NCBI RefSeq assembly: GCF_964204645.1
Contig: NC_134034.1
Location: 6,856,914 to 6,920,913, forward strand
Direction of reading: 5' to 3'
Source: Tubulanus polymorphus
Lineage: Eukaryota; Animalia; Nemertea
Length of the DNA: 64,000 bases
Shown here in pieces: positions 27,241 to 41,390 of the stretch. Each line of letters begins with the position of its first letter. The first letter of the stretch is position 1. The position numbers and the translations under genes are program-made. The notes under the pieces are model-generated. The model searched no databases. It was not told the origin of the DNA and saw only the letters and a list, made by a program, of their open reading frames with translations.

Positions 27241-28210
27241 TTTATTCACAATTAGATATTTTTTTCAGATAATTCAATTGACTGGGTTAATGGAGGTCTA
27301 CACTGTCGAAAATATAAGCCAGTTGATTATGAGAAACTGAAGAAAAATGCTGCTGAAAAAAAGTTAGCTGCTTCAAAATCTTACTTAAAGGTGAAAAAAA
27401 TTTCGCAATTTTCAAGAGAGAGTAAAGAACAATCATTTATCAAACAGCACAAACTTTTATGGCAGAAGGAATTCATCCGGTAAGAATCATCCCATCTCCC
27501 TGGATTTTGAACCTTGATAAAATTCTGTTAAATACTCTGCCTTTCTAACAGGTTGAGGAATTTGCGAGATCGTTACCAAGCAGATTGCAATAACTTTCTC
27601 CTGGATTGCAGTGGAGGGGAAATACTGTATGAGCTTCAGACACATCAGACTTTGCTTGAATCAAACCTGATTGATTTTCAAAGAGCCTCTGTGAAACAAA
27701 TCCAAAGTTTAAGGTATATTTTGGTAGTATAATTGGATCTGATAATTCTATTAGCATTTTGGGTGTTTCTGTATTCACTTTTTAGTTCCGCTGATGTTCG
27801 GTCACAGTGCATGTTGGGGGATGAACTTTGTCATCCCTCTGTCTTCAACTTCGATCTCTGTCTCTAATAGTTAGGGATATCTATACAAAACTTATTACAT
27901 TTCTTCAGCTTGGTCATGGGTCTAGGTTACAGTTAAGTTAGATTAGTTAAGTTTAGTTAGGTTACCAGAAACTGTATTTTTCATTTCCGGATGCTATTTC
28001 AAAGGTGGGGTATGTGTCATGTAAATCCACTACCCTCATTAACCTGTTGCGCAGTTAATCTTTCAGCAAAGGCAAGGACTCTAACATATTCATCGTACTT
28101 CAATTTTAAATCTTTATTGTGTAGAAGCCTTTGCTTCAGGTATAGCAACCTTCATGTTCCGCCGAAATACGGTTTTATGTATATTAAAACAGATTTTAAT
28201 TTCGAAATGA

Positions 28211-28262
28211 AACTAGCGGTTCAGGGACACCATGCCCACTTGGGAAGTTGTCTCAAATGCTT
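28211..28262 (-). mobile_element. Isolated HINE-A 3' terminus; another at ~40710-40809 on +
   Basis: Reverse complement reads CTTCCCAAGTGGGCATGGTGTCCCTGAACCGCTAGTT. Confidence 0.85.
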
Positions 28263-28996
28263 GCGACAGGCTGGTTGCCCATGTACTCTTATGTGTGCAC
28301 TTGCGGCTCCTGTCGTAGGTTCGGACTTCCTATCAACTCGATGAAAAATGGTCGAAAGGCGTCCAAGGCGGCAGGAAAACACGCCCCTAAGTAATCCTCT
28401 GAAGAAGAACCAATAAATAAATTATCAATAGTCTTTCTAAAGATATAATTTATTTTATTACAATTGATCTCTCAAACATGGCGGTCACTGATTATCTCAC
28501 ATATAAATATTAAAAACCATTTTATAAGTTATCACACTGACTAACAATACAAAGCACCAATTCAATTATTACCTAACATTTCACACAGACTAGAGGTAGC
28601 CATATTGAATTTGCCAATACAAGAATTGAATTATTCAACTTTAAAAGTCTCCACAAAATTAGAAAAGAGATAAATTTACTAAATAATGACATGGAAAATT
28701 TATAATAATAATAATAAATATAGTTGCATAGCAGCGATAACGGGTTTCTGCCTCACTGGTTCATATATCGCACTTGGAAGCGTCATCGAAATAATTCTGC
28801 AGTTCATAACATATGACTTATTTCCAAGAAGCTCAACCTGTGTCAACAATATGCTGGATATTGTATTGTATTGTATATTTATTTTATTATTGTGACATAC
28901 GTCTTCTTTACCAACACGTAATATATACATTTCAACACTACCCAGTCCTCAACGGCCTTATAAGTCACCATTAATTAGATTTATTTATAAATATAT

Positions 28997-31900
28997 TCAA
29001 GTGGCACTGAAAGTACATGAACTCCTTTTACTCCAACATTGTTCAATAAAGGTTGCTAGAGTTATTTGATAGTTAGCCATTAATATTTGAAACTGTTGTT
29101 GTTTTGTTAGTTCTTGGAAGTCATGCACCTCCTGTGACATATCTACAAAAAGTTTATACCGTTCTTGTTCGTATTTCTTACATGACATAATAAAGTTAAA
29201 TTCATCTTCAACGCATGCTTCAGGTCTACAAAAGTTACATACGCGTTCCTCAACCCTTTTACCCCTAAACCGACCCAATTCTATTTCCAAACCCAGGACA
29301 CCACACCTTAGCTGTGCTAATATGCTTCTCTTCTTTCTTGACATAAAATTCAAAATATAACTTTCAGCCCCGAAAGTATTCTTAAATGTAATATACATGC
29401 GTAATTTTGGTTTATTACTAACTTCAGAAATCCACTGCTCACTAATTGATAATTCAATACACCTTTGTGCTTCTATCATATCAACTCGTTGTAAATTATC
29501 TATAAAATTAGTATTTAAACCGAGGCTTCGACATAAGTTACCAAAATCTCGGAACCAACCAATATTCAAATCACGTAATTGGAGAAATATACGTTTAGTG
29601 AGTCTATCATCCGCCATAGCGATAAGTCTATTCCAAAGATGAAAAATTTCAAAGTAACGATTATACTTAGCTGGATACCATCCAAAGTCACCCTGCATTG
29701 CCGCAATGGGGGTTAATGACCCCACACCGAGAAAAAATCTAATGGCTCTAGTTTGCACCCTTTCTATCAGTTTATTATTCTTAAAACCCCACACACCGGC
29801 TTCGTAACTAAGTATAGGGTCCACAAATGATTCATATAGTTTAGTGAACGTTTTATAAGCGATATCATACTATGATTTTAACTTATACATAAATTTCCCT
29901 AAAGCTCTGCCTCCAGAATTAGACTGGACAGTTGTATGATCATTGAAGTTTAATGTACTGTCTAGCCAAACGCCGAGATGTTTATAAGAATTTACTTTTG
30001 TAATTGATTCATTTCGCTTCTTAAATTCAAATAGCGTTTGCAATTTATTTTTTGCTCTAAACTGAACCACTGCTGTTTTCTCTAGATTGATTGCTAATGC
30101 CCATTTTCTGCACCAACGTTCAAAAATATCAATCAGATTTTGTAATTTTTCTTTACTGTCAGCAATTAATACTATGTCATCTGCGTAGGCTAGGCAATTT
30201 ACAGAAAATGCATTTTCACTTGTTGCATTCAACTCTATAATAACATCATTTAAGAATATGTTACACAGGGTCAGAGAAGCTTGGTCGCCCTGTTTTACAC
30301 CGTTTGAATAGTTAAACCATTCACTGTAGTGGGTGTTATTTAACCTAATACATGATACCGTATTTGAATAGAGGCTTTTGATAGCTTTGTATATTTTACC
30401 TCGCAGCCCAATACGTGCCAGTTTAAGTAGTAGTAAGTCACGATCGATAAAATCAAAACATTTTTGCAGGTCAATGAAACAACAAAAAGTATCTTTCTTA
30501 TTTTGCCTATTTATCTCAATCATACTAGTTAAAGAAAATATATGGTCAGTACAGGACCACTTTGGTCGAAAACCATTTTGTGAATCGGAAATAATATCCA
30601 AACGTTCACAGTAATTTTTAATCCTAAAATCTTATTTAAAATTGACGTATAGACTTTACTGACACACGATGCTAGAGCAATACCACGATAGTTCAATGGT
30701 AGAAAAAGATCTTTGTCTCCTCCTTTGGGTATCGGTGAAATGATACCTTTGCACCAATCACTGGGGACTTTTTGAGTTTCAAAACAGTAATTCATTAATT
30801 TCAACATAACAGTCTCAATGCTTTTATGATTAAAAATTTCATTTGGTATTCCATCAACTCCTGTGGCTTTGCCACTTTTCAACACTCTACACACATTGAT
30901 ATATTCTGTCAGCGTTATTACATCATTTTCCAATAATTCAGAGCATTCGGTCATTTCGTTTTCAGTATCTAGCTTCTCTTTAATTAATTCATCATAAGCG
31001 TGTTCATCTACCGTATTTTCCGGCCAATAAGCCGACTCGGCCAATAAGCCGAGGGCAGTTTTTTAGCCTAAAATACATGGATTTCATAAAACTTTGCCCA
31101 ATAAGCTGAGGCCCTTCATCAGAGATTTTAATTCACTGATTTGTCAATTAGTTCGTCTTAATTGACGATACAAGAGGCTGACAGTAGCGCCCGCCTATGT
31201 GTGAGAGTGCTGTGTATACTATCCATCGCCGAGTGACTGTGCTATATATAGACTCGCTCAGCTGATTACTATACATACAGCCATACACGCAGTACGCGGC
31301 TCACTGCTGATTTGCATATATACTAATGTATGAACTGACACGTGGTAGTACGATGAACTCGCGCGTTATATAAATGTATACCATTGCCGCTGTGCGGTGA
31401 TGGAACAATCAAAGTAAAAATAAAATAGTTCAAAATACATTATAATTGGTAGTAAATAATGACCTCAAATAAATATCGACCACTTTTCTTGATTTTGACG
31501 ATCATTGAGAGCATTAGAGTGGCATAGATCAGGAAGTGATTTTTTATGTCAGATCGTATCCGCCCAATAAGCCGATCACAATATTTTGGGTAAAAATCTG
31601 AGGCTAGAAAATCGGCTTATTGGCCGGAAAATACGGTATTTCTACCCCTGACTTTTTATACAACGATTCAAAATCATCTTTCCACCTATCTAAAACATAT
31701 TTTGTATCATAAACCATTTCTCCATCCATATTTTTAATACCTATTGGTGTTTTTTTAACAGTGGAAGAACGTGGACCCAATCCATTGACTTCTTCCCAGA
31801 ATTTCCTTGGGTTGTGTACAAATAACTTCAAGATCCAAAATTTGCTGTCTTTTAGCCTATATCGTCTTTCTTTAACCCAGAGCAACTTATCAAATTTACA

Positions 31901-33161
31901 ACGTGCAAATTTAAAATCAAATCTAAGAGTTTGTCTTTGCTGGTGCGAACCTCTAAACCTATTGAACTTTTTTTTCGAAGTAAACCATATTTGACCAGGC
32001 GGTATTCAACTCTTCATCCCAATATGGTTTTCTATTTTTGATAGACTTCTTAGAAAATTTTGAGAGATCTCTAGACTGGAGAAAGGCATCCATTTCTCTG
32101 GTTATAACCTTACATAAATTGTTATATATTACATCTATATCATTTTGTTCATTTTCCGCTTGTTCAATATTATTACAAATTATCTCTAATGCATTGACAA
32201 ATATTTCATTTGACATGAATTCTGCTGGCACCTGATTAAAATAATAACGTTTACGTAAATGTGCATTTCCCGACCTCATATCATTGTTTTGATGTTGATC
32301 ATTTTTACACTCATTCAGATTTGATAAAACCAATGTTAATTTTAACATCGCGTGGTCAGGCGCTTTACTTCTACTTGATATGAGAGTCTCTGCATGCGCA
32401 TCTTTCACAAGATCTAATGGGAGTTTCACAGAAAAGTCAGAAACTTTTTCGAACTGATCATAGGGCAAGGCGACATAATCAACGACTGATCTCCCTTTTC
32501 CCGAAATGCTTGTAAAATTGTTCGAATGTTCTTTGAAACGACCGTTCAGTACACACAATTGAGCGTCATTTAATAGTTCAACGAAAGAGTTACCATGTGC
32601 GTTTGATTGTTTATCTACAACTGTACGGACCGGTACTGATACATCCGGACAACTAATATCGTTCTGTTCACCTATTCTCGCATTGAAATCTCCACACAGA
32701 AGAATGACATCGCTTCCCGAGTTCAAATAGATAGTTGATAGAATATTACTTAAAAATTGAGTGGAGTTGCGACCCCATGGTGAACCTTCGGGAGGTAGGT
32801 ACGCGTTTATTAACACAATATCAAATTTTGTAATTTTATCCTCTAGATGAATAATAAGTAAACCATCAACAGATTTTTCGATTGACTTTACATTGAAAAC
32901 ACTTAACAGATCATTTCGTATGAGAATACCAATTCCACCATGGTTTATCGCTGCGTTATTACGTTTCAACAGTCTACTGTGAGGTATCCACATATAGTAT
33001 TCAATGTCTATGCTGTCTGTTTCATTGTTATTTAAATGTGTCTCCTGCAGACACACAATATCAGGATCCTGGTTTTTTATGATAGCCTTTCTCAGATCAC
33101 TGTTAAAAGTTGTCCACCCATTAACATTCCACGAACAAATGGTTAAAGACTGGGCACTGTC
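28997..33161 (-). pseudogene. LINE ORF2 (APE endonuclease, RT, C-terminal zinc-knuckle-like), frameshifted and MITE-interrupted
   Basis: SWNVNG, CLQETHL, CGDFNAR, VVDY, PDH; NYRGIAL, QNGFR, GVKQG, LAYADD; LEIELGR...CNFC...EDE. Confidence 0.92.
31011..31636. mobile_element. pogo/Tc1-mariner-type MITE inside LINE ORF2
   Basis: Perfect 25-bp TIR CCGTATTTTCCGGCCAATAAGCCGA with TA/TA flanks. Removal restores ORF2 (GVEIDEHAY). Partial inverted copy at ~37890-38210. Confidence 0.95.
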
Positions 33162-34070
33162 CTAGTTATTATTATCACTGGCTGGGGCTGGGGTGGGTGC
33201 AGAAGCAGGGGCGTTTGGTGGTCTGCGACTGCCCCTTTCCACAATACGTCCATTTGCAGTGACCGCAAACTTGTTTAATAAATTATTTGCTCGCAACAAC
33301 GTTAGACTGTTCACCTGATTGAGTCTCTCTGCATGGCTTTGTGAGGAGCGAATATAAACATTATCGAAACGTTCAATTTCTTTAAGTTTGTACTTCTTCC
33401 TTAGTACATCTACTTTAATCGCCTTATCACCAAAATCGATTTTCATAATTGGTGTGCGGCCTTCAATTAATTTAGTCCTCATTACGTTTTTGGCCTCCTA
33501 GTTTAATTCTAAACCACTAATCAAATCCTTGGCTTTTTCAAGTAGGTTTTCGGTAGATTCGTACTTTATTCCAGAAACAACGATGGTATTTTCTGGTAGG
33601 AAAGGCTCACACAGTCTGGCGTCCATTTCATTCTTCTCCTCTTCAAGGGAAGATAGCCTTCCTTCAACCAGCTCAATTCGACACTTCATATCGTCTTCGA
33701 AACTATTCAATCGTGTCTCGAAATTCTCTAACGAGTTACTCAGTTTGGCTATCTCGATCTGGAAGTCATCTCTAGTCGATTTCGATTCACTTTTGACGCT
33801 CTTCTCCAGTGTGTTGAGTCGTTCCTGCACGGAGGCTTTGAATGATCTTTGTTCTTTAATCGACGTATCAACTTTTGTATTTAAACACTGAATTGCGTCT
33901 AGGATCTTTATTACGGAGTCTGAACTGTCTTCAGAAACATCATTCAGTTGTTCTGCGATGTTATTGTTTTTTGGTGTCTTTTTGGGAGGTCTTTTGGGAC
34001 TTTTGATTCCATCCTCATCACTTGTTGATGAGTGTTTCCTCGATTTTTTTGACGAACTGGTATTTGACAT
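33162..34070 (-). pseudogene. LINE ORF1 (basic N-terminus, coiled coil, RRM-like region)
   Basis: ORFs 33498-34070 and 33162-33482 are in the same frame, separated by one TAG. Confidence 0.8.
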
Positions 34071-35699
34071 ATCGGCAATACGGGGATTAACATCAACACC
34101 ATATACAGTCTATAGATTAACGACTATACAGTTCAACTTCGGCGTTCGTATTCTACAACCATTCATGCGTGACGAATCTACGCGTATGTATGTACTTTAT
34201 ATGAGAATATTTTGAAGTCAACGATAATATACACAAAGTTTGTAAATCAGTTACAGTAGAGCATCGATCGAAAAAAAACAATCTGTACCTCGTCCAGAAT
34301 ATTTTCGCTGTTACAACAACTAAGTTCAGTCTATTGACGGTTCCTCGATCATGTATAGAAACAAACTTTTCCACGGAGCAGTGACAGAACACTGCTGACC
34401 TTTACCGCCATCTTGAATTACATATCTGATATATGGATCCAGCTACATACAAGGGCTACCACGTAAAAAGTATCGATGTACCAAAAAGGCTTAACCGAAG
34501 ATATGGTTCTTTCAAAGTCTCCTGGTGGCAGTTGCATGAACTAGTGGGTCGCACATGATCTCCTTGCGCGTTTTGATCCATAATTTCGCTAATACTACCG
34601 GTTGGTTTGTCTAAATTTATGCATCAATTTGTTAAGTGAGGAATTTGCATTCAGAAATAAACAACGATTTTTACAAAAAGTTTTTTTTGTTTTCATTTAT
34701 TAGTGACAGTTTACATATATTGTACATATGTTTGTACATATCTTTGAACTATAACAACTTTGAAAACGACCTTAACAATGTATATTCAATGAACATTAAT
34801 TTACTTTAATCACGAAGAGGGAATTATAGGTAACAAAATTATTGCATTGTCGGGATTCGAACTTGATGAGGCATCGACGTCTTTGAAGCGATTAAGGTAA
34901 TGTTGAGTTTATCTGCCGAACGGAAGATGGTACAAAATGGCGGCGATGGATGAAACAAAAACTGGGGTGAACTTAGTCTCTGCAAAGTTTGCGTTCGAAT
35001 CCCTCACAAGATTTTTATCGCGTGACATAGAAATTAAACCCGGTAATTTTGTCTATTATAGCAATTATTTTTTTTTCTCCCTGAATTATCGGGTCATTTT
35101 TAATCACCTGATGCCTCTACATTTGTATAGCCTATGGCCACGCCACCAAGTACAGTGCGCAGCATCGCAACGCTAAATGTACTATAGTATATTCCATCCC
35201 TGTTATCAGTGCAAGTGTGTGTTCTGTGTACGCGCGTAGGTGTGTGCTCGAGACTAATGCAAAAAAGAGGCGTGCTAAGCGATAAAGTCAAACTACAACA
35301 TTGCTGTAAAAGGCTTTAATGTATTGGCGGTAAAATACAGTGATTTTCACATCGGAATCGTAATTTTGTTTTAGAGAGATCATCGCTTGTATTATGGCTA
35401 CCAGAAATCACCGAACATCGTATTTTATTAGGTGGTAGTGAGTCGATGACGTCATTTTCGTGTCGCCACTTATGACTTGTTGGTGGGAGTTCAGAGGAAG
35501 ATTTGTCAAGCGAATAAGTACTTTTATCTTATTAATGCAGAGTGTGAAATTTCGCTTTTTAAGAATATTTCTCTAAATTATTAGAAAATGCCGATAGTAA
35601 GACCGTGGGAAAGTTTTTATCGTTGAATGGGCGAATCACGATGGCTGAGTGCACCTGTGATAAGGGGGAGATAGTTCAATGTGAAGGCAAAGCTTTTAA

Positions 35700-36336
35700 A
35701 GGGGAACTGCAGTGAAAATCATTTTGTATATGTATGTGTTAGGAACCTTTATAAATACATTTTCAAAACAGCAGAAAAACATTTCATCTAATACTTTATC
35801 CAATAAAGAGGGTTTTGTAGAGTGCCTGGCCGCCGCCGCCATTTTCTCCGCGTAGCAGACGCTTTTCTCTCGGCTGTGACGTAGTTCGGCGCACTGCGAT
35901 ACGTGTTACTGCTGCTATTCATAGTGTTTTCATCACTTGAAGTCCAATAACAGTTCTAACCTGCAGCATAATGCCACATCAGCAAATATTTGGATATTTT
36001 TCAGACAGTGAGTGGATAAATAAAAGTAGAGACCCCACTGGCAGCCCAGCAGGAGTATTTTATTTGCAATTTTCAACTGAGATCTTCAATGAGTGTATCT
36101 ATTTGTGTGCACACTGGAGAGTGTGATAGGCCTGGATACGTCATCAATGTTTACTTGCCTCACTTTGGAATTTAAACATGGCGGCTCTCATCTGCTGTAA
36201 ATTCTGCTGATAACAGTATTAAAATCGTCGTATACGAGTTAGTTAGGAAGAATTTGAAATTTCAACTAGCGTTATGCTAAACAACAACAAGAGTAGAAAT
36301 AAATGGCCAATTATGATTTTTGACTGCAGTTCCCCT
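35700..36336. mobile_element. Kolobok-type (T2-like) MITE
   Basis: TIR AGGGGAACTGCAGT(G/C)AAAA; TTAA at 35696-35699 and 36337-36340. Confidence 0.9.
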
Positions 36337-39300
36337 TTAAATGATTAGACATTCAAAGGTGGTTTATCAACTTTTTTCAACTATAGTGCTGCTATTTTCC
36401 CAATCAAATTGCTAGATTTCGATCATTTTTCATAAGTCAACACTTGTAATTCAAGTGTGATTTTAGTGTGGTAGAGATAGATACATCGTGACTAGCGTAT
36501 TGAATGGCAGCGACATGTTTAAGCTGTGCGTGGATCGTTGAATAGTGGAATTATAGGGTGGAATCATCTTGTTTGTATCCATACGATGTTTATTAAAGGT
36601 TAGTGTCAACAAATTGTCCATTACAGTCCCTCTAATTTATGTGGAGAGACGCTCTTAACCGGCAAAACCGTGGTCTGTTTCGTGTTATCAATGGCCTACG
36701 TGACTGATCTTGCTTGAGGATTCGCTGCCGGTGTGCCGCATCAAAGTTATGAATAAAGTATTATATGACTGATTGTTAATGACATACAACAAATAAACCT
36801 TTAAAGAAAGGTACCTAGTGTCTGACATTCTACTGAAAAAATCCGGATTGATTCACCGCATAGTTTTTTCATTGTGAGCATTTTAGTATATGAATCAATT
36901 AAGATGATTGAAAGGCGCGGGTGCGGTTGTATCAGCTGTTGAAGACGTTCGATGTAAACAATAATTCTAACCACGTGCGCGATGAAAACAGGGACATCAA
37001 ACTAAGACGCACTGAATTTTTTAATTAGATGTGATTTGAATAGGCATCTGTGCTGGTTTTTCAAAAAGTCGAATCTTAATTGACTCCTATTGCATATTCC
37101 TAAGCCAGGCCCTCTGGAATTGGATTGAATTCGACACAGTAATTCGCCTGTATTTTGCGATGAATCGTTTTGAAAATTAGCTTGGGTCTGGCGAGATGTC
37201 CACCCCTATTGTAAAAAGATGTCATTCAAATATGGCTGCCATTGGGGTGGCCATCTTGAATTTCTTGGTTGCACGATGCAGCCTGCAATTCTGATTCCCA
37301 CAAAATTTGGTGTGAGGATCAGGGTAGGTAAGGCAAGCTGTCCATGCCTTTTGTATATGGAGGTCATCGGCTTTCAAATATGGCCGCCAGGTAAGCCATC
37401 TCGAATTTCTAGCTTTCAAATAACGGCTTTCAATTCTCGATGCATTTTCATGATACTTGGTGTAAGAATTTTGGTAGGTGAAATGTCTACCCCCTATTGA
37501 AAATTTAGTTTAATTATGGCCGCCAGGATTGCCATCCATCTTGGATTTCTTTTCAGCACGATGCCTACACCAATTCAGATTATCTCCGGACACAAAGGCG
37601 GGTATGGGGGGCCTCCTCCAGAAAAATTTTGAAAAAGATGCATTTCAGAGGCATCTTGATGTTATGATCCTCGATACACGATCATCCACTCTCAGGCAAA
37701 TAAACAAAAGAGATCAATATGAGTGTTATTATAGTATCAATCTTTTTTTAGAACAACATATTTACATTTGCACCATAGAAAAAGGAGTAGAGTGCATATA
37801 TGATCCTTAATCAGGGTTCGTAGCGGGTCTTCCAAATCGGTATTTATTTGTATATTTAGAAAAAAAAATCATTGCCAGTATTTGTCTTTGTGATTTTTGT
37901 GAAAAAATTGCGGTCAATTTAATACCACGTCGCTAAAACATTTGTATATAGGTGACAGTACTATATGGCTGCTGTGTGTGTTAGTAATCGCCTGAGCGAG
38001 TCTATATATTACACAATGACTCGGTGATGATATTAGTGTATACACAGCACTCTCATACATCGGCAGGCGCGCAGGCGTATTGTCAGCCTCATTCATCGTC
38101 AATTAAGACAAACTTATTGACAAATCAGTGAATTAAAATCTCCTGATGAAGGGCCTCAGCTTATTGGGCGAAGCTTTATGAAATCCATGTATTTTAGGCT
38201 AAAAAACTGCCAGCAATTGTCTGGCAGTATGGAGAGACAAAGATATTATTTATGGGGGTAACTCAAGTCTGGTGCACACTTGCAATTTAAAAAAAAAAAA
38301 ATCTTCAGAAAGCAATGAATTTTAGCTTCTTTTCCGGCTTTTTCTTTTTCTTTTTAGCTTCTTTTTTTTGCTTATCTAGAGAGAATATAACGACTAAAAT
38401 CATTCCATATCATTTTTACAATAAAACTTATATTTTAGATTTTTATTTTTTTTGCCTGATTATTTGTATTAGATTGTTAAGTGCGGCACAGTGGAGTGTT
38501 CGTGTTGAAAACAGTCTTGTACAGTTGCGTAGGCAATATCGCCTTATACTCTCATGTTCACTGCGTGTTTGTATCAGTTATAGAGTACGCGCGCCACGTT
38601 GCAGGTTGCACGAAACAACGATTTGTCTGAGTGAAGATGTAAGCTACATAAAGCAGTCTTATCGTGAAATTATTGAAAATCATGTCAGTCGATAAACTTT
38701 GTTTCGTCAGTAACAGGCACTGGCCTCAAATTTGAAGAACTTGGGAGCTGCTGTCCTGATTTTTGGTCCGTATACGATAATGAAAAACCTCCAATGAAAC
38801 CCAGGCTCTCACCAAGTTTGTACCGTATCTTAATGGGTCACTCATAGTTTTAGTTGTTTTACGTCATTCAAGGGATGTATTAAGATTATGAACATTTGTT
38901 CATACAAAAGGCCCATAATCAATTTTTCGAAGATTTCATTCTCGTTAGAAGTCAGTTACCATTAGAGATGTTATAATGGGTCAAAAAATCGAATTTTTGC
39001 TAACAAATGAGGTTATAACTTTGACACGAAGTCATGCAATCTACTATGTTTATGTGCAAAATGTAGCTTCATCATGCGGCTAAAATCTGTTGGAAATGGA
39101 ATTTTGAATATCGCGTTCATTTAAAAGAAATTGACGAATTTGTGGCGATTTTTAAAGAAATTTCAAGGAGCATTTTGTTTCATAAAACGGCTAGAAGGCC
39201 GATGTACAACGTTACATTGAAGTAAAATAACTGCTCCCTGCGGTTGGCTGAGCTCCCGCTGTCAATCAATGTAAAAGGGCATATTCGATTGATGCAGACA

Positions 39301-39551
39301 AACCGGTCTTTTAATCTTCTCATCTATTAATCTGCTCGGTTCTAGTTTCTCATTTCCCAGTCATGGGAGAGTCTTTTATGTTTATTTTTAATTTGATAGC
39401 CGTAGTATCGATTCCATCTCCCCATATCTATTTTATTATGCAAATAACCAAAGATTCAATCGATACGCTACTTCACGGAAGATTATACGCGCACAAATAG
39501 CGCATTATTATGCGATTATGCGCGCTCGAATAGGCCCAAACCTCGTGTATA

Positions 39552-40344
39552 CGGGATATCAACAAATTCAAGTTCTTGAATAACTCGTTTGATGGCGCTA
39601 GTCAGAACCGCAAATTGGAACCTAAATCCACCATGCTCTAGTTCATTTGCAATGAAAATCTCTCGCTTCAAGTTTTCAATGAGCGATATTTTACTTACTA
39701 TATATCGTCACGCGTAATCCTTGAAATATGTTATCCTACTACTACGTTGGATATTATAAAACCTCACTGCAAAGCCTAGAAATCACTATAAGTGTCCCAA
39801 AATTATCAAAAAACATTTTGCAAAGGCTGACGATGTAAAGACTGGTTGCCAGGTATCACATGGTGGCAGCACTTGACGGCCCAATTAAGATTGTTGGTTC
39901 AAGTCCTGGTACTTTTCATATTTTTATTATAAATCTACGAGTTTAGTCCTTCTAAAATCAATTTTATTTCATAATATTATTTCATATTTATCAGTGTCGC
40001 CTGCAATAAATTTACCTTTGAGTCTTGAACTCAACAACAAAGTGATGACACCTGGCACCAGTCATTACTAAATCGCTAAATTTGTTATTTTTGGTAGTTT
40101 TTTGACATTTCTAGTGATCTTTAGGGTTCAAGGTGAGGTTTTATCGAATTCAACACGTTGTCAGGATATCATGCTCAAAGGATTATGCCGTTGTATAGTA
40201 AGTAAAATGTCGCTAACTAAAAACTTGAAGCGAGAGATCTTTATCGCAAATGAACTAGAACATGGCAGATTTAGGTTCCAATTTCCGGTTCTGACTAGTG
40301 CCATCAAACGAGTAATTCAAGAACTTGAATTTGTCGATATCCCG
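39552..40344. mobile_element. Long-TIR (foldback-like) MITE with TA flanks
   Basis: ~250-bp imperfect inverted arms starting CGGGATATC(A/G)ACAAATTCAAGTTCTTGAA. Approximate empty site in the paralogous repeat at ~13920. Confidence 0.88.
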
Positions 40345-41099
40345 TATTGCCGCGATGATTGCTGATTAGATTTCGATGATGTTGTTCACTGAAATCAGCA
40401 GATTTTACACATCCATGAAGTGTTCAAGGAAAACCTTGAAGATGCATCAATCAGATGGTGCCTATACATTACAAAGATAACATTCTGCGCCCGAGATATT
40501 AAGATCCGTGGATCTCTTGTTTTGGTTTAAAGTTATCTAACTTTTTCGATATGGTAACTATATCATTACTCGAGAAATAATCTATTAATTTTTTTCTATA
40601 CCACCGATAATCTAATATGTTCATTTTATTAAATTTCGGGTTTATAACTATTGGATTTTTTACTTTACACCAGTTTGGCAAGCCACTGGACCATCGGTCC
40701 TTTGTATATGGTATATGGTCACCAGGGGGCGTTGAATATTGAAATTGTTAGATTGTTGACCATTTGAAACCACTTCCCAAGTGGGCACGGTGTCCCTAGA
40801 CCCCTAGTTTATAATTTGCTTTAAAAAAGAAGAATTCGGTCAAAGTTGCAAACAAACTGAAATAGGTGAGAAAAAAATGTGTGTGGCCGAAGGTGAAACG
40901 TATCGGCAACCCCTATGGAGGTACCAGGATATAACCCACTGACATAGTAGCACCAGGAGCACCATTCCGCAAATTTCCCAAGGAATAATTAATTGATGTT
41001 AATACAATGTTAGTTGGTTAGTTAATGATAGCAACAAAAGTTGATTATAAAGAGAGGTAAAATTTAGTAATAAACATGGGTAGATTTGCAACATTAATC

Positions 41100-41390
41100 A
41101 AATTGACTAACATTTTTTTATTTCATGAGGTAAGATATTTCTGGTCTTCCCAGAATTTGTCAAGTCTACTTTTAAAACAATTGATTGACGGAGCAGTGAT
41201 TATATCTTCCTCCAAACTGTTCCACTTTATTGACAACCTGATTCGAGAAAAAGTTGCTGTAGACCTCCTTTTTACACCTTTTCTTCAAAAGTTTCTGACT
41301 GTGACGTCTCAGCTGACGGATCCGCTTATCTCTCTTGTGACAGAGCTTTTTCTCACGAACACAGGTTACAGAGCTTTTCCTTACAAATGC
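41100..41390 (-). mobile_element. CR1 LINE 3' fragment
   Basis: Minus translation LRRHSQKLLKKRC...FFSNQVV..WNSLEEDIITAPSINCFKSRLDKFW. Confidence 0.8.

Larger units (their letters stand above)
28858..34418 (-). mobile_element. Near full-length LINE, probably Proto2/RTEX-like
   Basis: 5' UTR starting CAAGATGGCGG; ORF1; ORF2 with EN, RT and C-terminal Cys motif; 3' AATAAA and (TACAA)n tail. Clade assignment is tentative. Confidence 0.85.

Noticed and set aside
27545-27778. 77-aa minus-strand ORF as a host exon
   Set aside because: No recognisable motif or convincing splice partners.
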